DNA from: a virus
Reading direction: 5' to 3' (one strand)
IMG/VR virus record: IMGVR_UViG_3300046820_001062
Span: 1 to 64,000 of that record
DNA length: 64,000 nt
A program made the translations under genes and the position numbers. Shown here piece by piece: positions 1 through 7,962 of the stretch (positions within the stretch are counted from its first letter, which is position 1; each line of letters opens with the position of its first letter). The notes under the pieces were generated by a model that had not been told where the DNA came from, did no database searches, and saw only the letters and a program-made list of their open reading frames with translations.

Positions 1-225
1 CCTTTTGTAAAGAAGACACTTACTGACTATTATGGAGTACATACCCCAGAGTGGGTTTACATTGAATCTTTTTTATTTCCTGCAAAGTATTTTAAACAGT
101 ATTCACAAATACTTGATGTGGAAGAAGATTTTTTAAGAAGTGTTGGTGAGTTATGCGACCACTATGACAAGAAAAAAGAAACCTTCACAGACAAATGTCC
201 TGAAGGTGTAGAATGGATTAATTAA
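1..225 (+). CDS. Hypothetical protein, 5'-truncated by window edge
   Basis: Frame 1 is open from base 1 (PFVKKTLTDYYGVHTPEWVY...EGVEWIN) to TAA at 223-225; not in ORF track. Confidence 0.75.
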   Translation, partial: PFVKKTLTDYYGVHTPEWVYIESFLFPAKYFKQYSQILDVEEDFLRSVGELCDHYDKKKETFTDKCPEGVEWIN

Positions 226-251
226 CAACTTAAATTTTTAATAAAAACCAA

Positions 252-644
252 ATGCAAAAAGAAACCAAATGTATGTTTGTGTACAGCACAGACTGGTATG
301 GACGCAAAAGCTTCCGTATGTTGCCAATGTCCAATGAATGTCCATTCAATGAGGTAATCTATGATCCAAACACACGTGTGTTAGCTGTGATCAGTAAAGA
401 CAAAAAAGACAAACCTCAAATGTTACCTAAGTTATCAGACAAAGGTCAAGTAATTCCTATGCGAGGCGTAGAAGGTCAACAGATTGTTGAAGAACGCAGA
501 ATCATGGAGACTTACTATGAGTACTACATTGATAACAAAAAAGACATTGAAAGATTTATCATGACTTTTGCGGTTAACACTGATCATGAAGCATTGAACA
601 TTATCAATGAACCTATTGACTTAGCCCCAGAAACTGAAATGTAA
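252..644 (+). CDS. Hypothetical protein (130 aa) coupled to DNA polymerase
   Basis: A-rich leader (aaaaaccaaATG); TAATG overlap with polB start at 644. Confidence 0.85.
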   Translation: MQKETKCMFVYSTDWYGRKSFRMLPMSNECPFNEVIYDPNTRVLAVISKDKKDKPQMLPKLSDKGQVIPMRGVEGQQIVEERRIMETYYEYYIDNKKDIERFIMTFAVNTDHEALNIINEPIDLAPETEM

Positions 645-2614
645 TGAGTAGACAGCGTAAATTTTGGATAATGGACTATGAAACCATTGTCAATTGTTTT
701 ATTGCTGTTTTTCGCTCTTATGATTCTGATGAACAACACATATTTGTTATGGGTAAACACCGTAATGATATTCACTTGTACATCAAATTCTTATTAGAGA
801 ACCAACAGAATAAAGATTGGCATTTTGGTTACAACAACCTTGCGTTTGACGCGCAGATTACTGAGCATATTCTTGAAAACTTAGACTTCTACTCTGGTTT
901 ACAGGGTGAAGAAGTTGCTGCAAGAGTATACGCTTATGTAAAGACTATTATTGACAAATCTAATAGAGGTGAATTCTTAGATTATCCAGAATTTAGACTG
1001 ACTATTCCTTGCCTTGACATTTTTAAGTTGAATCACTGGGACAGCAATGCAAAACGTACTTCTCTTAAATGGGTTCAGTTCTCTATGGACTGGCACAATG
1101 TAGAAGAAATGCCTCACCCTCACGGGGAGAGAATTGAAGACCAAACTACTTTAGACATGGTTATCAATTACTGTATTAATGACGTGCTGTCCACCAAAGA
1201 GATTTTTGTGCTTAGAAATCCAAAAGGTGAGCAGATAATGGCCAGCCAAATAAACTTGAGAGCTGAACTTAGTTCAACGTATGAGTTATCCTTGCACAGT
1301 GCTAGTGAGCCAAGAATTAGTAAAGAGATGTTTTTACACTTCTTAAGCGAAAAGCTAGGCAAGAATAAGAAAGAGATTAAAGTAATGAAAACAGAAAGAC
1401 CAACAGTCACTGTTAGAGATATTATTTTACCTTCTGTAAAGTTTCATACGCCAGAGTTTAATGCTGTACATAACTGGTTTAAGAGTTTGATTGTTGATAC
1501 AGCAATTGACTCTGAAAAGGAAGAATCTGGTCCTAAGTATAGGATGAATTTTAAAGACACACCTACTGATTATGGCTTAGGTGGTTTGCATGGTTGTACC
1601 AAATCTGGTATTTATGAGGCAGGCAAAGGAAAGAAAATATTGAGTGCAGACGTTACTTCATTCTATCCTAACCTGGCAATTAAAAATGGATGGTCACCAG
1701 CTCACATACCTAAATCTGATTTCTGTGAACTTTATGAATGGTTCTTTGAAGAGCGTAAGAAGTATCCAAAGTCTTCTCCTTTAAACTATCTATTCAAGAT
1801 TATTCTAAACTCAACTTATGGTCTTAGTAAGAACAAACATTCTTTCTTGTATGACCCAGAGTTTACTTTTAGAATTACTATCAATGGTCAATTGCTGCTA
1901 AGTATGCTTTATGAGATGCTAGCAACCAGAATTCCTGGAGCAATTCCTTTGATGCAAAACACAGATGGTTTAGAGTTTATTGTAGATGAAGAACATGAGT
2001 CTAAATTCTATGAGATATGTAAAGAATGGGAAGCTCTTACACAACTTCAATTAGAAACTGTAGAGTACCAGAAAATGATTATTGGTGACGTAAACAATTA
2101 TATTGCTGTTTACAAAGATGGCAAGACTAAATGCAAAGGACGTTTTGAATTTGAGGAGTTACCTCTTCATAAGAACAAGTCTTTGCTGATTATCTCCAAA
2201 GCTTGGTATGCATATTTTGTACATGGTAAAGATCCAGCAGAGTTCTTGAAAGAGAACCGCAACATCTTTGACTACTGTGCTGGTGCAAAATTGAGAGGTG
2301 ATTGGTACTTTGAAGAAAGAGGTGTTAAAGACGGACAGTATATAGCCACAAAACTGCAGAAACTTGTACGTTATTATATCTCTCAGAAAGGTATCAAAAT
2401 AATCAAATGTAATCCAGATGGCAGGGAAATTCAACTGGAAAGTGGTAAAACACTCCAGACAATCTTCAATAAGTTTGAAGACAAAACGTGGGAAGAATAT
2501 GATGTAGATGAAAAGTTTTATCTAGATAAGATCTATGAGGAAATTAAAAAGATAGAAAGTACATCATTAGTATTACCATCTCACAATCAAGTTAATCAAT
2601 TATCTCTCTTTTAA
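644..2614 (+). CDS. polB: Family B DNA polymerase with 3'-5' exonuclease
   Basis: ExoI MDYET, ExoII GYNNLAFD, ExoIII YCINDV; polymerase motifs ADVTSFYPN, KIILNSTYG, NTDG; C-terminal QLSLF. Confidence 0.95.
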   Translation: MSRQRKFWIMDYETIVNCFIAVFRSYDSDEQHIFVMGKHRNDIHLYIKFLLENQQNKDWHFGYNNLAFDAQITEHILENLDFYSGLQGEEVAARVYAYVKTIIDKSNRGEFLDYPEFRLTIPCLDIFKLNHWDSNAKRTSLKWVQFSMDWHNVEEMPHPHGERIEDQTTLDMVINYCINDVLSTKEIFVLRNPKGEQIMASQINLRAELSSTYELSLHSASEPRISKEMFLHFLSEKLGKNKKEIKVMKTERPTVTVRDIILPSVKFHTPEFNAVHNWFKSLIVDTAIDSEKEESGPKYRMNFKDTPTDYGLGGLHGCTKSGIYEAGKGKKILSADVTSFYPNLAIKNGWSPAHIPKSDFCELYEWFFEERKKYPKSSPLNYLFKIILNSTYGLSKNKHSFLYDPEFTFRITINGQLLLSMLYEMLATRIPGAIPLMQNTDGLEFIVDEEHESKFYEICKEWEALTQLQLETVEYQKMIIGDVNNYIAVYKDGKTKCKGRFEFEELPLHKNKSLLIISKAWYAYFVHGKDPAEFLKENRNIFDYCAGAKLRGDWYFEERGVKDGQYIATKLQKLVRYYISQKGIKIIKCNPDGREIQLESGKTLQTIFNKFEDKTWEEYDVDEKFYLDKIYEEIKKIESTSLVLPSHNQVNQLSLF

Positions 2615-2615
2615 T

Positions 2616-3449
2616 ATGAAAAGAACAGTAAATGGAATGCATGCGTATTCCAAAATGATTGGAGCAGCTTTGCCTGCTAAAACTGACACTTACACGCCCA
2701 TTGCTCACAGTAATGTAATCAATAGAGTGCGTTCTGAAATCACAAATGCTGGTTTCATCATCACTGGTGAAGAGTATCGTTGTTCAAACGATGCTCAAGT
2801 AGCCATTGGAACCTTTAGAATGAATTTTAAAGCTGATCCAGACATTGAGTTGTCTGCTAACTTTTTAAATTCTTACAACAAACAATATGCATTTCGCTTT
2901 AACCTTGGTGGTTTAGTAAAAGTGTGCAACAATGGTATGATGCTAAACAATAATAAGTTTGGTGCATATAAGCGTGTGCACAAAGGTGCTGCTGATTTGT
3001 TAGCTGAAGGTAAAATTGCAGATTTCATTAAAGACTCTGAAGTATACTGGGAAAATCTAGTAGAACACAAAGACAAAATGAAAGATGTATTATTGACAAG
3101 CACAACTCAACATGATTTGTTAGGTGAATTGTTTTTCAAACGTAAAGTTTTAAATACAATGCAGCTTAACCAAATACGTTCTGAGATGGAAAAACCAACT
3201 TTTGAGTATAAAGTTGACAATGATTCTGCTTGGGCATTGTATAATCATATTACATTGTCCTTAAAAGATTCACATCCTGCAACCTGGATGGACGACCAGA
3301 CTGCAGTGCATGAAGTTTTTGCTCACATGCTAGGACTTGAAACTGAAGACACGTCTGTTATTGCTGAAGTTGACTACAAAGTAGAGTCATCTGAAGCAGA
3401 ACCTGATGTATTCTTAGTTGAAGAAGTAGAGGAGCTACATCCTTTTTAA
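2616..3449 (+). CDS. DUF932-like phage protein with acidic C-terminal tail
   Basis: TYTPIAH, NSYNK...F, GGLVKVCNNGM, RVHKG and SAWALYNHIT resemble the DUF932 family; recognised by eye. Confidence 0.65.
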   Translation: MKRTVNGMHAYSKMIGAALPAKTDTYTPIAHSNVINRVRSEITNAGFIITGEEYRCSNDAQVAIGTFRMNFKADPDIELSANFLNSYNKQYAFRFNLGGLVKVCNNGMMLNNNKFGAYKRVHKGAADLLAEGKIADFIKDSEVYWENLVEHKDKMKDVLLTSTTQHDLLGELFFKRKVLNTMQLNQIRSEMEKPTFEYKVDNDSAWALYNHITLSLKDSHPATWMDDQTAVHEVFAHMLGLETEDTSVIAEVDYKVESSEAEPDVFLVEEVEELHPF

Positions 3450-3460
3450 TTGTTAATGAC

Positions 3461-3496
3461 AATAGCAGGGGCCTAAAAACCCCTGCTCTATTGTTT
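3461..3496 (+). terminator. Intrinsic terminator-like hairpin
   Basis: AGCAGGGG (3464-3471) / CCCCTGCT (3480-3487) followed by T-rich ctattgttt, just after the DUF932 gene. Confidence 0.7.
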
Positions 3497-3514
3497 ATGC
3501 TAAACTAAAAACCT

Positions 3515-3679
3515 ATGATTGATATAATCCAAGATGCCTATCTTAAAGTCAAAGACAGAAGGACTGGCGTAAACAAAGTACTACTTCTCAGAAGGTATTT
3601 AAGAATGAAGTACAAACTTCAAATTTCAAGATCTAGTCTTATTAGCAGACTTAAAACCTGGAAAAAAGAAAAATTATGA
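3515..3679 (+). CDS. Small basic protein (54 aa), possible DNA binder
   Basis: MIDIIQDAYLKVKDRRTGVNKVLLLRRYLRMKYKLQISRSSLISRLKTWKKEKL; aaaacctATG leader; ATGA overlap with next gene; below ORF-track cutoff. Confidence 0.7.
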   Translation: MIDIIQDAYLKVKDRRTGVNKVLLLRRYLRMKYKLQISRSSLISRLKTWKKEKL

Positions 3680-4353
3680 TAAAACTAATTGGTATCTCTG
3701 GCAAAATAGGGTCTGGTAAAGACACCTTTGCTGAAATCATAAGATTGCTTACAAGCAGTTCTTATTTGACAAATCAAACTATTGAGCATTTCTTGCGCAA
3801 TCCAAATCCTAACATCACAAGAACAGAATGGAGAGTACAAAAATTTGCAGGTAAGCTCAAAGAAGTTGCATCTCTACTTACAGGTATTCCTGTATACAAG
3901 TTTGAGGACCAGGATTTCAAGAAAACTAACCTACCAGAAGAATGGAATGTCTGGCATCCTAATTTGGATCGCTCTGAACCAATGACAGTAAGGGAACTGT
4001 TGCAAAAACTAGGCACTGAAGCTATGCGAAATGGTCTTCATACTAATGCATGGGTTAATGCTACTTTTGCCAACTATGACTACTATTCAAAATGGTTAAT
4101 TACAGATGTACGTTTTCCAAATGAAGCTGCAGCTATTATTGAAAAAGGTGGTCTTCTCGTAAGACTTAACAGAAATTCTGAGACAGGGGATCATCCTTCT
4201 GAAACAGCACTTGACAATTATGATTTTCAAATTGTTATAGAAAACACAGGGTCTTTAACTGAGCTTATTGATAAGGCCAGAGAGTTCTGTGAAAAATATA
4301 ACTTACTTGAAAAACACGATGATTATCCACCACACACTGAAGGTTTCTTTTAA
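3676..4353 (+). CDS. Deoxynucleoside monophosphate kinase (T4 gp1-like)
   Basis: P-loop GISGKIGSGKDT; RELLQKLGTEAMR; ITDVRFPNEA; HPSE. Confidence 0.88.
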   Translation: MIKLIGISGKIGSGKDTFAEIIRLLTSSSYLTNQTIEHFLRNPNPNITRTEWRVQKFAGKLKEVASLLTGIPVYKFEDQDFKKTNLPEEWNVWHPNLDRSEPMTVRELLQKLGTEAMRNGLHTNAWVNATFANYDYYSKWLITDVRFPNEAAAIIEKGGLLVRLNRNSETGDHPSETALDNYDFQIVIENTGSLTELIDKAREFCEKYNLLEKHDDYPPHTEGFF

Positions 4354-4364
4354 TTTATAAGACT

Positions 4365-4694
4365 ATGCTTAATAAAAATAAATTGTACCTAGTATTGGAC
4401 CCTGAAGGTCATAACGTTGAGTATACAATTCATGCACCTGCTGATGAAGATATCTTTGTTATGAGAAGGTCTAAAAATTGTACATGGTCAGATCATGTAC
4501 AAGATGAAATAATCCTAACTGTATTTAATACAGGTAATGGTTGTAGAATTAAATGGGAGGAAAAACCAGGTAAAGTTCTGGACTATTGTCAAATTGCAGA
4601 ATTGACTATCATGCTAAACTTCATCAATCACAATGAACGTATGCCTCTAAAGTTTACTATTGTTGATGCTGATGACATTGTAGATCTTGTTTAA
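4365..4694 (+). CDS. Hypothetical protein (109 aa)
   Basis: ORF in operon context, closed by a terminator. Confidence 0.8.
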   Translation: MLNKNKLYLVLDPEGHNVEYTIHAPADEDIFVMRRSKNCTWSDHVQDEIILTVFNTGNGCRIKWEEKPGKVLDYCQIAELTIMLNFINHNERMPLKFTIVDADDIVDLV

Positions 4695-4696
4695 AA

Positions 4697-4726
4697 CGAA
4701 AATCCCCCTGAAAAGGGGGACTTTCT
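4697..4726. terminator. Probable bidirectional intrinsic terminator
   Basis: TCCCCCT-GAAA-AGGGGGA stem-loop (4703-4720) with A-tract left and ctttct right, between convergent genes. Confidence 0.8.
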
Positions 4727-4777
4727 AACAGAAGAAGAAACCAACTAAACTATGAAGTATAGCTTTTTTTAATATTT

Positions 4778-5431
4778 TTATGATAAGCTTTTCAGCATCT
4801 CAATCATCTTAGGATGTGGGTAGATGTCTACCTTGTCTTTTCTTACAGAATTATGTGTGTAAACACCTGGCTCACCAGATAAAGCTCTTTTACTGATGTC
4901 CCAAATGTCTTCACTATAAGATAAGGGAATTTTATACTTTTCCTTCCATAGTAACAATAATTCTTTTACACTTGCAATCTGTGCATCAGTGTAGTTGTGA
5001 TAATACTTGAAACCTTTGTAAGGTTTATCAAGTGTACATACCTCACTTGCCGGCACTTCTCTGTTTACATAATTGTAAAACTTACCATCTTTTAAAGTAA
5101 GTTGGCCCCAGTTACAAATCTCAATACCAATTGAAATCTTATCAAGGCTCTGATACTTTACACCAGCTTTTGTAAACACATCTTGTTTTAATCCAAGATG
5201 ATATGCCCAATGTTTAGAACTAAAACCTTGAATAATTTGACCATCTACAGTTCCTTTTCCATTACCAGAAATAGAAACACATGTTCCAATTCTTTCTGAA
5301 TTAGAAGCCCATCCTGCAAATACTTGCTCACCATTAGCATTACCTGCTGTATGATGTAAATAAATTTGTTTTTTTGGATGTTCTTCCTGAAAGTATTGAC
5401 TTGCTGGAAACGTTACTTGTTTAATGTCCAT
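4778..5431 (-). CDS. Endolysin, N-acetylmuramoyl-L-alanine amidase (Amidase_2 type)
   Basis: IYLHHTAG, WAYHLG, SIGIEICNWG, YTHNSVRKDKVD zinc-amidase motifs. Confidence 0.9.
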   Translation of the reverse strand: MDIKQVTFPASQYFQEEHPKKQIYLHHTAGNANGEQVFAGWASNSERIGTCVSISGNGKGTVDGQIIQGFSSKHWAYHLGLKQDVFTKAGVKYQSLDKISIGIEICNWGQLTLKDGKFYNYVNREVPASEVCTLDKPYKGFKYYHNYTDAQIASVKELLLLWKEKYKIPLSYSEDIWDISKRALSGEPGVYTHNSVRKDKVDIYPHPKMIEMLKSLS

Positions 5432-5436
5432 GACTT

Positions 5437-5694
5437 TTAAATTTGTTCTTCAGTTGATTTAGTTTTGGTAAGTGTAAACTTATCAACGCTAGTTAATCCT
5501 AAGCATCCAAATGCTAATAAAGCAACACTTTCAATCAATGCTGGAGAAAGAGTTGGATTCTTAGCTGAAAAAACTGAGTAAATTAATGTAAAGCATAGTG
5601 TAATAGAACACATAAATCCTACAACACGTTTTGAGCTAACAGATCCTTTTTCATCTGAAAGCATAGACTTGAGAAATGCTGTTAGTTTTTTCAT
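5437..5694 (-). CDS. Probable holin (two hydrophobic segments)
   Basis: 85 aa; SSKRVVG then TM segments FMCSITLCFTLIYSVF and LIESVALLAFGCLGL; directly upstream of endolysin. Confidence 0.7.
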   Translation of the reverse strand: MKKLTAFLKSMLSDEKGSVSSKRVVGFMCSITLCFTLIYSVFSAKNPTLSPALIESVALLAFGCLGLTSVDKFTLTKTKSTEEQI

Positions 5695-6296
5695 TTTAAT
5701 TTGATTTTCCAGTATGAAGAGATACCAAAATAAGGTTGTAGATTTTGTGAGATGCCTGTTTGCACTCCATAAATCTGATCCTTTTTGGTTTTGTATAGTA
5801 GACCTACTTGAAGATTAGCTAACTCAAGACTTTTGTTTATAGAAATTCCACCTCCTATATACAACTGCCTGCGTTGTTCTTGTTGTACATAGCCTGTAAC
5901 TGTAGGTAATTTATAATTATGTTGATAGACTCTAGATTTCAATAAATTATATTGTAAAGTATCTATTACAACAAGATACCCAAGAGTATCCAATTGTATT
6001 GAGTCACGATAGAGATTTCTAGTTCCATAGCTTTTTGCAAGATTTGTATACTGTATTTTAAGTTTGTTGTAATTTGTGTCTGGTACAAAAACTGTATCTC
6101 CTGGTAAGGGAATTGTATCTCTTACAAGAACAGGTACTCTCTTAACCTCAGTTTTGAGAACATGTTTCCAGACTGTATCATAAAGAACTTTATTTTCACC
6201 TGGAACAAATACTTTGTTAGGTGAGCTACAAGATCTCTGTAAGAGTATAATGCATACTAATACTGCAATTACAATTAAATATATTCGTTGGTTCAT
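5691..6296 (-). CDS. Membrane-anchored lysis accessory protein, spanin candidate
   Basis: N-terminal hydrophobic segment ending LLQRSC; helical middle; C-terminal alternating beta strands ending YWKIKLK; lysis-cassette context. Confidence 0.55.
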   Translation of the reverse strand: MNQRIYLIVIAVLVCIILLQRSCSSPNKVFVPGENKVLYDTVWKHVLKTEVKRVPVLVRDTIPLPGDTVFVPDTNYNKLKIQYTNLAKSYGTRNLYRDSIQLDTLGYLVVIDTLQYNLLKSRVYQHNYKLPTVTGYVQQEQRRQLYIGGGISINKSLELANLQVGLLYKTKKDQIYGVQTGISQNLQPYFGISSYWKIKLK

Positions 6297-6310
6297 CTAA
6301 TCTGTTTTGG

Positions 6311-6643
6311 TTAACGCTTCTTCTTTGGTACTAGCTCATATTCTTCATCCTTTAAAATAGGTGAAGAACGTTGCTCTGTTTCATTAGGTGGTGGGGTTTG
6401 TGCTGGCGTGCTTTTTAATGGTGTCAGGACATACGTCTTTAGTAACTTGACATCATCCTCAAGTTGCTGAATTTTAACTCTGTCTGCACTTTGCTGTGTA
6501 AGCAAAAGTTTAACATCTGCACGCATTTCTGTTACGTCTCTCCAGAGTAACATGCCAACAAGGCCAATTAGAACAGGACTAGCCCATTCTTTTAAAATAG
6601 AAATAACCTGTTCTCTAGGGTATTCTCCTTTGGTATTGCTCAT
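6311..6643 (-). CDS. Single-TM coiled-coil protein (holin/antiholin-like)
   Basis: TM WASPVLIGLVGMLLW followed by heptad region; first gene of the lysis cassette. Confidence 0.55.
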   Translation of the reverse strand: MSNTKGEYPREQVISILKEWASPVLIGLVGMLLWRDVTEMRADVKLLLTQQSADRVKIQQLEDDVKLLKTYVLTPLKSTPAQTPPPNETEQRSSPILKDEEYELVPKKKR

Positions 6644-6687
6644 TTTTGTAAGAATATAAGTTATTATAAGATAATTTATACTCCTAC

Positions 6688-6712
6688 CTCTCTCATATAT
6701 AATATACAGAAA
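6688..6712 (-). promoter_or_regulatory. Candidate phage promoter motif copy A
   Basis: Minus strand TCTGTATATTATATATGAGAGAG, about 45 nt upstream of the lysis cassette; matches copies at 13104, 24613, 52535 and 6845. Confidence 0.5.
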
Positions 6713-6844
6713 TAATTACAAAGAACAAAAGAATCTCAAACTAATCTTTCTCTTTTTAAAAAATATTTACCATCTTTGTACTCCATGAAAAATCCAAAAA
6801 ACTGTAAAACTTAACACTCTTATTCTTGGCAAAGAAGGGTGATT

Positions 6845-6866
6845 TTTGTATCTTATATGAGTGAGG
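6845..6866 (+). promoter_or_regulatory. Candidate phage promoter motif copy E (divergent side)
   Basis: TTTGTATCTTATATGAGTGAGG upstream of the RNR operon. Confidence 0.4.
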
Positions 6867-6926
6867 TCAGAGTTTGATTTCACCTTATACACAACCTGGA
6901 AAGTGATAGCTTTGCCAGGTTTTTTT
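6861..6926 (+). ncRNA. Structured leader or small RNA: hairpin plus terminator-like hairpin upstream of nrdB
   Basis: GTGAGGTCA/TGATTTCAC stem (6861-6883), then AACCTGGAAAG-TGATAG-CTTTGCCAGGTT plus T-run (6893-6926). Confidence 0.4.
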
Positions 6927-6986
6927 GCCAATAAGTACTGGTAATCAGTTAACTAACTTTAAAATTAACAATAAATATAAACAACT

Positions 6987-7961
6987 ATGGGTATCTTTGA
7001 CAAACGTGTGGCCTTCAAGCCCTATGAGTATCCTGAAATTATTAAGTTCAGGGATGCTATCAAACACAGTCGTTGGGATGTTGAAGAGTTTAACTTTGAC
7101 TCTGACGCTTTTGACTTCAAACACAAATTAAGTCCTCATGAAAAAGAGGCAATCAAAAGAACTCTTTTGGCTATTTCACAGATAGAAGTATCTGTAAAAA
7201 CATTCTGGGCAAAGCTTGGTGAGCATATTCCAAAACCAGAATTTAACTCAGTAGGAATCACGTTTGCAGAAAATGAAGTTGTACACTCTGAAGCTTATAG
7301 CAAGTTGCTAGAAGTTTTAGGATTAAACAATGAATTTGATATGCTGTTACAGAATCCAGTTATTGGAGGACGCGTGGATTATTTGACAAAGTATCTTAAG
7401 AACAGTGGAGAAAACGCCAAACAGGTTTACACTTTAAACCTTGCTCTCTTCTCTATGTTTATTGAGAACGTATCATTATTTAGCCAGTTTGCTATTGTAA
7501 AATCTTTTATTGAAAAGAAAAACATGTTGAAAGAAGTAGACACTGTTATTGAAGCTACAATGAAAGAAGAAATTATACATGCGCAGCTTGGTATGCATGT
7601 TATCAATCTAATCAAGAAAGAATACCCAGAATGGTTTGACCAAGATTTTTATGACAAAATCTACAGGGCCTGCAAAAAAGCTTTTGATGCAGAAGTAAAA
7701 ATCATTGACTGGATATTTGAAAATGGAGAGATTGATAGTATCTCAAAAGATGCTGTTATTGAATTTATTAAATCAAGATTTAATGCTTCATTAACTGCTA
7801 TTGGTGGCAAAGAACTTTTTGAAATTGATGAAGACAAACTTTCAGAACTGTATTGGATGGTTGAGGCTATCTATGGTTATGTGCGTAATGACTTCTTCAA
7901 TACACAAGGAACTAACTACACTAAATTTCAAAAATCTATAACAAGTAAAGACTTATTTTAA
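6987..7961 (+). CDS. nrdB: Ribonucleotide reductase class I beta subunit, class Id-like
   Basis: Ligand motifs SQIEVSVK, ENEVVHSEAY, IENVSLFSQF, EEIIH; C-terminal DFF...NYTK...SITSKDLF, recalled as typical of Flavobacterium beta subunits. Confidence 0.93.
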   Translation: MGIFDKRVAFKPYEYPEIIKFRDAIKHSRWDVEEFNFDSDAFDFKHKLSPHEKEAIKRTLLAISQIEVSVKTFWAKLGEHIPKPEFNSVGITFAENEVVHSEAYSKLLEVLGLNNEFDMLLQNPVIGGRVDYLTKYLKNSGENAKQVYTLNLALFSMFIENVSLFSQFAIVKSFIEKKNMLKEVDTVIEATMKEEIIHAQLGMHVINLIKKEYPEWFDQDFYDKIYRACKKAFDAEVKIIDWIFENGEIDSISKDAVIEFIKSRFNASLTAIGGKELFEIDEDKLSELYWMVEAIYGYVRNDFFNTQGTNYTKFQKSITSKDLF

Positions 7962-7962
7962 C

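Noticed and set aside
4752-4772. Mini-ORF MKYSFF with a gene-like leader after the terminator
   Set aside because: Only six codons, runs into the convergent endolysin end, and nothing else supports it
6987-7961. Class Ic (Mn/Fe) RNR assignment from the Glu first ligand
   Set aside because: The radical-site Tyr is retained (HSEAY); class Ic has Phe there
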